From assembly GCA_964016885.1 (NCBI GenBank), contig OZ024742.1:286564001-286628000 (forward strand): 64,000 bases of DNA, read 5' to 3'. This document shows, one piece after another, positions 43,951 to 57,975 of the stretch. The DNA is from Eledone cirrhosa. Its lineage: Eukaryota. The position numbers and the translations under genes are program-made. Every line of letters begins with the position of its first letter. Positions within the stretch are counted from its first letter, which is position 1. Below the pieces are notes generated by a model. It ran no database searches and had not been told where the DNA came from. It worked only from the letters and a program-made list of their open reading frames with translations.

Positions 43951-44695
43951 GGATTCTTCCTCTATATCTCTTTTTCATTTCTTTTCTCTAACTTTCTATC
44001 TTTCTCTGGAAGAAATCTGCTGTTCTCGGGCCTGGAGAAGGATGGGCTCTGCCAGGCTTACAATGCCCAAGAAACGCTGTATGTCAATACGTCGCCCCTA
44101 CGACTCTATGGGGAGTTACAGGATCATACTATTCACATTATACAACAAATACGATAAAATATTCTTCTATCCGACGTTCTAACGACTCTGCCAATTCGCT
44201 ATTTTACGCCGTTCACTTTGTACAAACGTGAAAGTCAGGTCAGTGGGAACTTCTCTGTAATCTATGGTGTTTGCAAGACAACAACAAAATAAAAAGAAGA
44301 ATTAAACATAGCTTGTTTGCTATATAATACATGAAATGAGGAGATAATTATTGATGTTCATTAAACACTGAATAGTTAATGAATGAATAGTTGTTGTGTC
44401 TAAGGTTTTGTTTTTGTGTTTTACTTGATTACTTTACAATTACAATTAATTTATACAGTTGTTTCTATTGAAATTTACGTCCGGAGTTTACAGGAGCGCC
44501 CGCTATTTTGTGTTCTTGTTTCACTGTGTGTATGTGTGTTTGTATGTATATATATGTGTGTGTATATGTGTATATTTGTGTGCGTGTATATATATATGTA
44601 TGTATTATGTATGTATGTATGTATGTATGTATGTATATATGTATGTATGTGTGTGTGTGTGTGTGTGTGTAAATATATGTGGGTATGCGTGTTCG

Positions 44696-44728
<33 letters not shown>

Positions 44729-45179
44729 TGCTGTGGAAGTAAGAAAGTGGAATGTAGATTAGATTGTTGTAGTGTAGAGTGGGGGATGTCCGTCTGTGTC
44801 TAGTACTGTTGACTACAGTGATTATGGTGGCGGGGTCGTCGTTGTCGTTGGAGGAGGAGGAGGAGGAGGAGATAAATGTTGTTGTTGTTAATTGTTAATA
44901 TTATCATCCGTTTTCTATTGTCGCTATTGTCGCTAATGTCGCTAATGTCGCTGTATCTAAATGTAAGTTCTGAAGACAAGTGGCGCAGAGGACAGTTTTG
45001 TTTCTCTTTTTGTTTCCGGTCACAGGGTTTCTATTCTCTGCAGCACTTATCTTAATGGATATAGCCATTTCAAAACTCTTGAGAAAGGTATGAACATCAC
45101 ACCACCAAATATCTCACTAGCCATTGTGATTAGTGATTATTAGTTATTTGAAAATATAGTCGCCACAACGCAGATAATT

Positions 45180-45298
45180 ATAATAATTGTTTCTACTTTT
45201 GGCACAAGGCCAGCAATTACCAAGTGTATTACTGGTACTTTATTTTATCGACCCCGTAAGGATGAAAGGCAAAGTTAACCTCGGCGGGATTTGAACTA
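45180..45298 (-). mobile_element. SINE family A, 3' half
   Basis: Central domain and tail. Confidence 0.85.
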
Positions 45299-45502
45299 AT
45301 TATAAATACTATTATCTATAGTTATCAACTTTTATGATGACCTGACCTGATATGTCCAGAGACAGGAAGTGGTGGAAGTCAACCAGTGAGGGGTTCCTCC
45401 AAGAGGAATGAGAAACCCTTGGATTATATTATTATTCATAGTTATTTGCGATGTGGCGACTACATTTTCAGATTTCAAACTTTTCAATATTTCGTAGGTT
45501 AA

Positions 45503-45844
45503 CCCTTTAGTTACCAACCTGGCCAAAACCAGCTCTGGTTCTATGAAATAAAATCACTCATTTTAAAGGTTTCCAATTTCAATTAAAATCTTCCAATATG
45601 ATTAATTTTATATAAGAACCTTACATTAAGTTACTAATGAAATAATTAATAATTTTAGAAAATCCTCAAAATTCTTCATTAATTAATTAATCCCGCCGAG
45701 GTTAACACTGCCTTTCATCCTTACGGGGTCGATAAAATAAAGTACCAGTAATACACTGGATGATTGCTGGCCTTGTGCCAAAAGTAGAAACAATTAATTA
45801 ATTAAAATAGAGTGTATTTCATTAGAAATGCAGTCAATAAAGGG
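45503..45844. mobile_element. piggyBac-like MITE with a nested SINE A fragment (45690-45797)
   Basis: TTAA|CCCTTTAG...TAAAGGG|TTAA; related AT-rich pieces at 15160-15240 and 54820-55310. Confidence 0.7.
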
Positions 45845-46809
45845 TTAAGCAAATATTGTTTACCCTCTTCTAATTATCAATGATGTTATTTAGTTGAACA
45901 TTCATTAACAAATCATTTAAATATCAATATTGGCATTCCACTAATTAACATAAATTTGATTACAAACTACGTTATCTGACAGACAAACGTAGCCTTTTCT
46001 TTTTTTCTCTCTGATTTTACTATCACTACAGTAATAGGGTCCGGTCCTCGGAACTGGTTGGTCCCTTGCTCCATCCGCTATTCCACAACACTCGTATTTC
46101 CAAATAAGGCAGTGGGCTTTAACCTGTTTTTATTTTGTTTTGTTTTGTTTTTTGTTTGTTTATTTTTCCTTTGTAACATCTGAAAAAATGTGATGCCCCA
46201 CTTAATATGAAATATTTGGTGTTTAAAAGTTAAAATGTAAACTTTAGAAAAAATTGCATTACACCTCACCGTCTACCTACACTCATGTATTGATTGCTCT
46301 TCCTTCTTTCCACATTCCGAATCCCTCATTTAAGATGTCATGTTTATACAAGAAGAAAGTAAATGAACAAGATAAGGGGTCCCTTGGAGTCGACACTGTG
46401 TTGATTCCGGGACCCAAGACTAAAGCAGTTTTCATTAGTGGAGTCCGTCTAGCTCAAGTACACATGATAACTGATATAGTGAAACAGCAGGGTTGAGAGG
46501 GAAGTGCTGGTCTTCCAAACAGTTTATTTAAAACTGGGTGAGAATGGGGAGAATGGTGAGCATGATCCGAGTGAATGGGTTTGTTCTGGGCATGCGCCTA
46601 TAAATTGGAAGAGGACAACCAAGAGAGGGTGTTTGCCCTAGTGGGTTCTCTTCGTGACTGACCCTCTAAGGTTTTCACCCACCCTCATCCCTTTGAGAAA
46701 TTTGTTATATTTGATTTCTGAAATGTTTGTTTTAGTTTTTGTTATAAACATATTTTTATGCAAAAGACCCCCCCCCCCCACACACACACACACTGTACGA
46801 CCTGTGCTG

Positions 46810-47070
46810 CCTTTCTAAAGTCTGTCGCAAGCCAGGAGGTTCATCAGGCTGGTGCTTATCCGGTATCCATAGCATGAAGTGTGACTGAGAGTCCAAGATA
46901 TCCCATGGACCGAACGCCAGTCCATTACGGGGTTAAACCCCCAACTAGTGCTGGTACTCATTTTCAGCTGAGTATATCAAGAACACAACACGCAACCCAG
47001 TTCAGGAATCGAGCCCACGACATTATGATCGTAAATCCAACACCCTAACCACTAGGCCACGTAACTCCAT
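46810..47070 (-). mobile_element. tRNA-derived SINE (family E; V-SINE-like tail)
   Basis: Reverse-complement similarity to 62756-63045. Confidence 0.7.
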
Positions 47071-47359
47071 TGTGCTATCTTTATTGTCTGCTTAACGTCA
47101 ACCTTGTGTGGCTAAAAGGATTTTATTGATCTGTCTTGTCACTACCGTAGACTAATAGTTACTATATGATGTTTCTTGAATTAATACTAAAATAATTTGC
47201 AGAGCAAACTCACACTATACGAGGGTCGGCTGAAAATCTCATAAGCTGAAAAATTCGATTCGATTGGTGTGAAGTGATATTATAACTACTCGATAAGTCC
47301 GAGAGAACAGTGGAGACGAGAAATGACGCATGTTACATCTCATTCATATAAATACTACA

Positions 47360-47439
<80 letters not shown>

Positions 47440-47442
<3 letters not shown>

Positions 47443-47875
47443 AAAGTTCTATTTAAATTGTTGGGATACAACAAGCAAATATTTTTATAACTGATATAAA
47501 GCACTCAACAAGTATTTGGAGTAAACATACGATATTAACAAATGGAAACTATATTTATAAAACCATATTTATTTTATTATACATATTTCAAGGACACCAC
47601 GTTAAATTATGGTGTACTTTCATCAGACAAAATACAATATAGATCAGTTTTATAAATAAATATTGACATACCCTTAAAAAATGCAACCATTACTATCCGG
47701 GAGCTTCCAACAGTAATGGTTGCATTTTTTAAGGGTATGTCAATATTTATTTATAAAACTGATCTATATTGTATATTGTCTGATGAAAGCACACCATAAT
47801 TTAACGTGGTGTCCTTCAAATATGTATAATAAAATAAATATGGTTTTATAAATATAGTTTCCATTTGTTAATATC

Positions 47876-47879
<4 letters not shown>
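47440..47879. mobile_element. Family H2 fold-back element with two opposed hammerhead motifs, in (TA)n
   Basis: Arms 47527-47694 / 47712-47879; HHR on - at 47570-47634 (core intact) and on + at 47772-47836 (GAAA mutated to CAAA). Confidence 0.8.
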
Positions 47880-47972
<93 letters not shown>

Positions 47973-48000
47973 CTATAATCACGGAACTGTCAACACAACT

Positions 48001-48201
48001 TACGAGGGCCGTCTGAAAAGTTCATAGTCTGACCAAGATACTCTCATGGAATGACCAAACGAGGTTTATTTTTCAACACAGTCCCTGGAAAGAAACAATG
48101 CAGTTGTTAATAAGAAGAGTTGAAATTAATGCATGTAAAAATTCACAGATTTAGCATCACCCCTTCATAGTGAGCCTATGATGTTTTAGCCCACAGCTGT
48201 A
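48001..48201. mobile_element. Mariner-like MITE (copy at 50309-50492; ends at ~25020-25145 and 47218-47255)
   Basis: TA|CGAGGG..CTGAAAAGTTCATAG.CTGAC TIR and a degenerate inverse at the other end. Confidence 0.7.
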
Positions 48202-48406
48202 AACAATCACCTGAACACATCTCATTAAAAAAAATCCAATGAATTAGACTATCTAACTGAATCGTATTCATAATTACTAGAATATTGATAACTATTCATT
48301 ATATTATAGGTTTTACGTTTTCTATTCTGCTCAATAGAAAACTGTGGTTAGAGATCTATTAACGTGTGAGTCATTACAACTGTTCATTCATTCAGGTGTT
48401 TGTAAA

Positions 48407-48643
48407 TCTATATTATAACAAGAGCGCTGTCCGTCCGTCCATCCGTCAGGCTCACTTTATATAGAGGAGGAGGGGGTGCACCGTGTGTTTTCGGGGTGAT
48501 AGAAAGAGGTAGATAGACAGAAAGTTATGTCTTCGTTCTCACCTATATAGAGAGGCGGTAAATGCCAAGCGAAAGAGATGTACATAAATAGAGAGAAAAG
48601 GAACGTCATTTGTTTACAGACAGAGAGAGGAAGATAGAAGAGA

Positions 48644-48708
<65 letters not shown>

Positions 48709-48780
48709 GAGAGAGAGAGAGAGAGAGAGTGTGTGTGTGTGTGAGACAAAGAGGGAGAAGACGACGTCGTGCTTATCTAG
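48407..48780 (+). mobile_element. Non-autonomous Helitron
   Basis: A|TCTATATTATAA 5' end; ACGACGTCGT palindrome then CTAG|T 3' end. Confidence 0.65.
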
Positions 48781-50308
48781 TAGTTATAATATATAGGGCG
48801 CACCGAATTTGGCCAAGTTGTTAGGGCGCCGGATTAAAATATTTTCGGTATTGCATTTCACTGCCCTCTCTCTTCAAATCACACCTAGGTCAACTATACA
48901 TTTCATCCTTTCCAGATAGATAAAAAAAAAAAGGAACAGTTCAATACTAGAGAGAGAGATATGTGCACGGTGTGTGTACATAGATAAACCAACTTTGGCC
49001 TTCGCGAGATATACACCGAGTTTTTTGTACTTTAGTTTGACCCTGTAAAATGTACCAGGGTACAGTAAATCAAGGATCTTGAGAGATGATGGACCTTTCA
49101 AGATAGTCTTAGGAATGGTCAGAGGTAAATCTTAAGAATATTCTAGAAAGACAAGGGGGACAAATGAAGAATTACCTATGTAGAATGTACTGAGCCAATC
49201 AACAATATGAAACATTGTATACATCTCACAAGAGTGAACGTTGTTTTACCCGTGAACAATGTTCAGTGACCACCGCTACTACAATGGCTCAGAACCTCGG
49301 AACTGTTTGGTCACTTGCTACCTCCAATCTGGCACTTCCGACATACTTGCCTCTCCTCAGCTTATCATCTATGTAGTGTCTACCTTACATACACCTCTGC
49401 CAGGAGTTGCGACCGGTAGACAGTATCATTGAAAGACCAATGGAAATATGTTTTACTTCATCTGATCAGATGATTGTTTCCTTTCTTCTGCTAGTGGCTG
49501 TGACCCGTAGATAGTAGTAGCAGAAATGGAAATACCAATGGAAACATTTTTTTTTTTTTTTTCTTTCTTTGTCCTATCCGATTATTGGTTTCTTTCTTCT
49601 GTCAGTGGTTGTGACCGGTAGATAATATCAACGATGGAAAGAGCAAAGGAAACATTGTTTCTTTGGTCCAATCTGACGATCAGCTACAACCACCATTTCA
49701 CTCCATATCTAAATCTAGCAACAACGTCCAGTTGTTCTGTCTTTCCTACAGGTGTCGACATGCAACAGTTTAAGTTGGAAAGACAATCTCTCGATGGACA
49801 TGGTTTAATGTACCTGGGTAAATATGCACCCCAGTATGTAGTACCACATGTATATCTCACGAGAATCAAAGATAGTTTACCCATGTACACATCCCTTGTA
49901 CACCCTTCACCGACCAAGTACAATTTCCAGAGACATGCCTCATTATGAAACACTGTGTATAGCTCTCGTAGAATAAGTCTATTTTACTAAAGTACAATTT
50001 CAAGTCATTATATAAATATGGAATATAATGTACACATCTCTCATGGGGTCAAGGATATAATAAACTGAATGAATTAACAGTTGTAGTGACTCACATATCA
50101 ATAAATGTTTTAAATACAGTTTTCTATTAAACAAAAAATATCAATGGAAAATTAAAAAAAAATGCAATATAATGAATAGTAATCAATACCCTCATAATTA
50201 TGAATTTCATTCAGGTAGCAATTAAAACAACATTCTAGTAAGCAACGAAAATCAACGAAAGGTGGATTATTCAAAGGAGATAATAACTTCTACCATTTGT
50301 GTCAACAC

Positions 50309-50492
50309 TACGATGGTGGGCTGAAAAGTCCATAGGCTGACTATGAAGGATTGATGCTAGAGCTGTGAAATCTTGCAGGCATTACTTTCAATTGCATTGT
50401 TTCTTTCCAGGGACTGTTAAAAATTAACCTCAATTGGTCATTCCATGAGAGTATCTTGGTCAGATTATGAACTTTTCAGCCGACCCTCGTGT
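50309..50492. mobile_element. Mariner-like MITE, inverted relative to 48001-48201
   Basis: TACGATGGTGGGCTGAAAAGTCCATAGGCTGAC ... GTCAGATTATGAACTTTTCAGCCGACCCTCG. Confidence 0.7.
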
Positions 50493-50542
50493 ATATATCG
50501 ATTGGTATCTGCTATACTGCGGCTACAACTTCGATTTATAGC

Positions 50543-50631
<89 letters not shown>

Positions 50632-50633
<2 letters not shown>

Positions 50634-51525
50634 ATTGTGTGGGTCTTTTTACCATGCTGCGCCTCTGCCACGCGGACCCAACGAACAACTTCAGTTCCCT
50701 CGTTTCTTCACGTGCTGACAATGCAACCTTCGTGTTTCGCATTGACGAAATGGTCTAATGCCATTCTCGCCGCTAGCACGTCAGTTGCATTGCCACTACA
50801 AACAGCCTCGTTTAATTTAGCTATCAGCTCCCCCTCCTTTCTATTTTTCTCTAACGCTACTTCTTTGATAAAACCTATTGACATTCCTCTAATCTCTCCT
50901 TTGAGAGCCTCCCCCACCACCTGTTGTTGACCATCCCTCTGTCAACTTTTGTCCCTGTAAGCCTTATGCGCCGGGAACGACATGTTCAGTTTCCAGTAAC
51001 CAGGTCCTAACCTTCGTGTCTTATCTAGGTCTACCATACAGATCACAAACTTATAATCTGAATAGGCAATCATTTGAAAGTGTGGACAAACTATGCTGTC
51101 CTTATCTATTGACCTAATAAAAACCTACATATATGATCTAGATGACCCTATGTGGTTGGTCCAGGTCCATACTGGTGTTTTAGGGAAATTTAGTCGATAC
51201 CTTGGCTGGTGGGCTACTTGAGGTTTTTGCACCCTCTGCTCCTATCAGCTTCTCTCACACAGTCCCAGCGTGCGTCTAAGACGCCGTGTTCCAGTCCCCT
51301 GATAACAGTAACGGGCGAGACGTTCCCAGAAAGGCTTCCAGGCGCTTAAAGGAGTCCGGCCGTCCAACCCCGGTCGAGGCATAGACGGCCTCCAGTCTAA
51401 AAGCACCACCTTCGCTATTGTTCACGGCCAGGACCACCAACTTACCGTCAGGGTCCCGGAAGATAGACCTTACCTCGAGATCGATGTCTTTCCTAAAGAG
51501 CACAGCCACCCCACTTCCCATTCTT
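50632..51525 (-). pseudogene. Tx1/L1-type ORF2 fragment (APE endonuclease and linker), related to 34917-37765
   Basis: GVAVLF..DPDGKLVVL..AVYA..LEAFLGTSRPLLLSGDWN; GYWKLN; AKHEGCIV. Confidence 0.85.
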
Positions 51526-51544
51526 GACCGAATAAGAGATAATA

Positions 51545-51755
51545 AAAACAATAATGGTTTCTGATTTAGGCACAAGGCCAGACATTGGGGGGGGGGGGGC
51601 GATTAAACCTACCCCAGTGTGTTACTGGTATTTTATTTTATTGACCCCGTAATGATGAAAGGCAAAGTTAACTTCGGCGCGATTTGAACTCAGAACGTTA
51701 AGGGCTATAACTCTTCCACAAAGCAGGATGCCCGACGCTCTTCCGATACTGATAA
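51545..51755 (-). mobile_element. SINE family A
   Basis: Central domain and B-box. Confidence 0.8.
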
Positions 51756-52018
51756 TAATGATAAATACGAAACGAAATTACCAGAAGATTTGTAAGTTTT
51801 GGGGTTTTTTTTTCAAAATGGCTCCTTATCTGGAGCGTGTCCCAGTGATCATTCTTAACAAATACTAAAGTCTTTTGCGTCGGCCATTATGCTTACTTGG
51901 CTAATTGCCTTCTAGACGTTATTATACTTAACAACTCGTCTTTAGCTCGCTCCACACCAATATAATCCTTAATTAGACTTCGTCTTAACATCTCATTCAC
52001 TTTCTCACCACCCCACCA

Positions 52019-52116
<98 letters not shown>

Positions 52117-52229
52117 TCTCACTCTCTCTCTCTCTCTCTCTCTCAGTATATGTGTATAAGTGTGTGTGTATACAAGTGTAATATATAAATACTGACATAT
52201 ATATAATATATATATACAGACACACACAC

Positions 52230-52297
<68 letters not shown>

Positions 52298-52365
52298 GCA
52301 TACATATACTGTATATATATATATATACAAATATATAAATAATACAAAAAATATATATACACAAC

Positions 52366-53700
52366 TGTGTGTGTATGTGTGTATGTGTATGTGTGTATGT
52401 ATGTGTGTATATGTGTATGTGTGTATGTATGTGTGTATGTGTGTATGTATGAGTGTATGTATGTGTGTATATGTGTATGTGTATGTATATGTGTGTGTAT
52501 GTGTGTGTGTATGTGTGTATGCATGTATATGTGTATGTGTATGTATGTGTGTGTATGTGTGTGTGCGTATGTGTTTATATGTGTATGTGTATGTATGTGT
52601 GTGTATATGTGTATGTGTGTGTATGTGTGTATGTGTGTATGTGTGTATATGTGTATGTGTATGTATGTGTGTGTGTATGTGTGTGTATATGTGTATGTGT
52701 GTGTATATGTGTATGTGTGTGTATGTGTGTATGTATGTGTGTGCATGTGGGTGTATATGTGTATGTGTGTGTATGTGTGTATGTATGTGTGTGTGCATGT
52801 GTATAATCACGTAAACACAACTACTCACACCTCTCTATATTTATGTTTAAACGTGTCTGCTTCAGTACAAGTGTTTCAGTGTATCTGTCATTAAGTTCAA
52901 TGTCTGTCAATACACACACACATACACACTATCACACATACAGTGACACATAGACACAGACACATACACACACATAGGCACAGACAGATACACACACATA
53001 GACAGATAGGCACACACATACACACATACACACATACACACATACACACACATATATATACAGACACACATTCACACACATACAGTCACACATAGACACA
53101 GACGCATACACACACAAAGACAGACAGGCACTTACATACACACATACACACATATACATATACAGACACACATTCACACACATACACACTATCACACATA
53201 CAGTCACACATAGACACAGACACATACTCACACATAGACAGACAGGCACTTACATACACACATACACACACATACATATACAGACACCCATTCACACACA
53301 TACATACTATCACACCTAGACACAGACACATACACACACATAGACAGATAGGCACTTGCATACACACATACACACACATATATATATACAGACACACATT
53401 CACACACATACACACTATCACACATACAGTCACACATAGACACAGACACATACACACACATAGACAGACAGGCACTTACATACACACATACACACATATA
53501 TATATATATATACACATATATATATATATTGAGTATTCTATTGAGAAACGGTCTAACTAGTTTAATACTGGTTCTATCCTCACACACACATACACACACA
53601 TAGACAGACAGGCACTTACATACACACATACATACATACATACATACATACATACATACATACATACATACATACACACACATACATACACACACACATA
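52366..53700. repeat. Degenerate (TG/TA)n tract followed by a CA-rich ~110-120 bp minisatellite
   Basis: Recurring CACATAGACAGACAGGCACTTACATACACAC units. Confidence 0.85.
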
Positions 53701-53754
53701 TATATATTTCAAAATTTAATAAGACCAAGGATTAATGTTATTATTATTTATTTA

Positions 53755-53950
53755 TATGGTGGATAGGCAGAATCGGTAGAGCGTCGGACACCCTGCTTCG
53801 CACCATAGATTTACGTCCCTTTACGTTCTGAGTTCAAATCCCGCCGAGGTTAACTTTGCCTTTCATCCTTATGAGATCGATAAAATAAAGTACCAGTAAT
53901 GCACTGGGATAATTGCTGGCTTTGTGCCAAAAGTAGAAGCAATTATTATT
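53755..53950 (+). mobile_element. SINE family A, full length
   Basis: Head, B-box, central domain, tail. Confidence 0.85.
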
Positions 53951-54423
53951 TATTTATACATCTACATGAGCTTAACTCATCATACCGAAGAAAATAGCGA
54001 ACTATTACACTATAACCTCATATATTAATATATATATATATATATATATGATAATAATGGAGCTGCGGCGTTGCAAATGGGTTACATATGAAAAAGTAAG
54101 TCCTTCATCAGTGACCCTCCAACCGTCCTAGGCATTTCATCGCTTTAAGGGCCATATACCTCAGGTTGGTGCGAACAACGGCTAAAAAAAGTCGTTGGGA
54201 CACGTAAATAAAGGGGACGTTAGGGTGAACAAACAAAATGGTTTAAGCAACAGAAAGTGAGAAGAAAGAGACAAGTCCCAGATTTCTATGAATATAAACT
54301 CAGTGAAATCGTGAACGAGAGAATAAAGACCATCAAACCTGGTTGAAATGTGAGCAAGGAAGGAATTTCACACAGGTCTAACGGGGGGAAGAAGAAGGGG
54401 TCTGGTCTGCGAATTCGGTAAAC

Positions 54424-54531
<108 letters not shown>

Positions 54532-55596
54532 GTATAGCTCTGATAAAGAATTATCTGTGAAGGAATAAAGAACTTTTTATATTTCTTCTTATGCATTGGC
54601 ATAAACACCCTTCATAGTTGTGTGGGTTTTTTCTTAATCCATTTACATAAACAATATCTTCGGTTGGGTTTGTGTGTTTTTCTTATTTTTGTTTTCTCAA
54701 TACACTGACATAAAGTTTGTTCTCGTTTCCAACAAAATAGCAGTGATAATTACACGATGTTAGTCCTGCAACATGGCGAAGCAATATACAATTGTAACAA
54801 AGCAATCTGTCTGGCTTCTGATAGCAAACTACCCGAAACCGTCCCTGGTTTTATGATATACGTACAACAATTCGTTTTAAAGTGTTAATTTTTAAATTAA
54901 AATCTTCCATCGTATGTAAGAACGTTTGTTAAACCCTCTTCCAAACTTTAGCTTAATAATAAAAAGGTGAAGCTATATCACTAAATTCCTCCAAATTCTT
55001 CATTATTTTCAAAATAGATTGAAACACATGAAGGGTGTATTTCATTAGAAGTATGGTAACAAAGAGAAAAAACTGCCCCTAATTGTATTACATACAACTG
55101 CCCGTTTTTAAGAGCTTATTTTTAAATTAATAACTTTCATCATAATTTTATGTAAAAGTTTTTAAACAATATTCCCAACATTAGTTTAATAATGAAAAGG
55201 TGAAGCTATATTAATAAACCCATCTAATTTTTCAATACTTTTTAAAAACAGATTGAAACAGATGGTGTGTGTATTCCACAAGAAACATGGCAACAAAGGT
55301 ATAAGCAGTGTAGATTCATGTCAATGTTTAAAAATACCGGGCTAGTTATTTACAGGACTGCCTCGTTCTCGCCTACAATATTAGTGTTTTCTCCGCAAGC
55401 TGGAAAACGTGACTTTGGATTATAGAAGTATACATACAAAGAAAGAATCTTCGTGACACAGGTTTAAGAATGCAGTCAAGTGTCTCATGAAATATATTTA
55501 CTTGTGTGGGCACATAATTTCTAGGGGCGTCATTAGAAATCCCCAAAATTCATCAAATCGCTTCATGGTTAGTTTTGTTTTTGATGTTATATATAA

Positions 55597-55900
55597 CTGG
55601 CACTCCGTCGGCTACGACGAAGAGTGTTCCAATTGATACTATCAAAGGAATAGCCTGCTCACAAAATTAACGTGCAAGTGGCTGAGCATTCCATAACGTA
55701 GTTCTCAGGAAGATTCGGCATGACACAGTGTGTAACAAGGTTGGCCCTTCGAATTACAGGTACAACTCATTTTTGCCAGCTGAGTGGAAAGAAACAACGT
55801 GAAATAAAGTGTCTTGCTCAAGGAAACGTATCGCAAGGAATAGAACTCACGACCTTACGATCTTGAGCCAAATACTCTAACCACTAAACCACGTGACTTT
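55597..55900 (-). mobile_element. CORE-like SINE family B, full length (3' fragment also at 28650-28760)
   Basis: A and B boxes, CTTGAGCAAGACACTTTATTTCACGTTG, tail ending CGTAGCCGACGGAGTGCCAGT. Confidence 0.8.
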
Positions 55901-56689
55901 ACATGTCATATATAACAACATGTGATCCCTGTTTGACATACTTACACAAATATTTCACTTGAGGAATGATAGAACTCAACATTGATCCAAAGCATTTGAC
56001 GAGAAAAGGAAGTTAGACGCGATCCTCATCAACTTCACCAACATCATCATATCTCATGTTTATCTTGGCTACAATTTCTCCATCTCCGATCCTTCTATTT
56101 CAGTATAATACAAGCCTTCCAAAACGTTTTGACCCTTTCCCCTAAGGGGTTAGCCTATTTTCGCTAAAATCAACTATTGCCGATTTTCTCTTCGAAAGAC
56201 CAAACACGTAAAAATTTCATAATTTGGAAAATTGGTTGCATATATGCTTATATACATATGTATATATATATGCATACATATATAAATATATGTATATACA
56301 TACACACACACATATATATATATAGGACTTGAACATCTGAAACTACTTCGCTTTTCCTTATTCGATATTTACTCCGTCACTGCTATGTGGAAAAAGTACG
56401 TTGAGTGCTTGAATTGAATTGCATCAATATTTACCCTAAGTATATATATATATATATATATGGTGGTTCGTTTTCATCAGATATGAAATATGTATAATAA
56501 AATATATATTTTGATTATGAGAATATTTTTCATTTATTAATATTTTGAATAATATTAAATACTCCAGGAAAATTACTGTAGAGTGCTTCTAATATGTTGT
56601 AAAATTGTATTCGTTGAATAATCAACGAACCATATTAATCTTTGGTCATATATATATATGTATATATGCATATATATATATAAATATAA

Positions 56690-56830
<141 letters not shown>

Positions 56831-56995
56831 AAGAAAATGTTCGCTCTACATGGCTGAATATAATAAATGTAATCTGAGTTTTTCGAATATTAATAACATT
56901 CGATTCGTTTGCAATTATACAAACAAGCCTCATTTTTATAGCCATGTCAGTAGAATGAACCCTTTATTCTTGCTTTTGTGTTGGCATGTAAACAG

Positions 56996-57043
56996 AACTG
57001 CAGACACGAATGTTTCTGGGTATCACCCTTCATCAGTACAGCT
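56996..57043 (-). ncRNA. Intact type I hammerhead motif (GUC site) capping a ~135-bp inverted repeat
   Basis: AGCTGTA-CTGATGA-AGGGTGATACCCA-GAAA-CATTCGTG-TC-TGCAGTT; arms 56862-56995 / 57061-57197. Confidence 0.75.
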
Positions 57044-57902
57044 CACTGTTCACCTGCCAACTGTTTACATGCCAACACAAGAGCAAGAATGAAGGGTTCA
57101 TTCTACTGACATGACTATAAAAATGAGGCTTGTTTGCATAATTGCAAACGAATCGAATGTTATTATTAATATTCGAAAAACTCAGATTACATTTATTGCG
57201 TTTCACTTGTCCCAATAGCTTATTTTAGTTATTGCTCGCACCAACCTGAGGTATCTGATTTTTAATGCGATGAAATACCAATGATGGTTGGCAAAATCAC
57301 TGATGAGGACTAATTTTATAATATGTAATCCATGTGCAACCATGCAGTATTCTTCTTCCCCTTGTTTTTCATATATATTTACCTCAACTGCGATTATCTG
57401 TTTCTCTCTTTCTCTCTCACTGCTCCCCGTTGTCTCTGTTTCTCTTACCTTCTTTCACCCTCTCTGTCAGTTCCACTTTTTCTCTCGACTGACCTCTTCC
57501 TCGCACTTCCACTCACTCACTCTCTGTTTCTCCCCTTCTCACTTCCTCCCGTTCGCTACTAGTGGGGTTCCTTCTTTCTCACACCGCACTCACGGCGTAC
57601 GGTCTGCTTTTCTGACCGTTCATGAAATTCACCCAGCTTATGCTGATCGGATAACTACCATGTGGCTTGCTGTTTTCCAACCTTCGGTTTGCTTTCCCTT
57701 CTGTTGTTTACTTGTCTCACTCGCTTTACGCGTTTCACTTGTCCCAATAGCTTATTTTAGTTATTGCTGGCACCAACCTGAGGTATCTGATTTTTAATGC
57801 GATGAAATACCAATGATGGTTGGCAAAATCACTGATGAGGGACTAATTTTATAATATGTAATCCATGTGCAACCATTAAGTATTCTTCTTCCCGTTGTTT
57901 TT

Positions 57903-57975
<73 letters not shown>

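Noticed and set aside
46300-46680. Possible LINE 5' or endonuclease remnant
   Set aside because: No diagnostic peptide motif recognisable in any frame
49634-49953. Overlapping 104-aa and 89-aa ORFs
   Set aside because: No recognisable domain; they start within a degenerate SINE-tail repeat
57265-57335. Hammerhead in the ~180-bp repeat (GAAA..CTGATGAGG)
   Set aside because: No arrangement gives valid stems I-III with an NUH site
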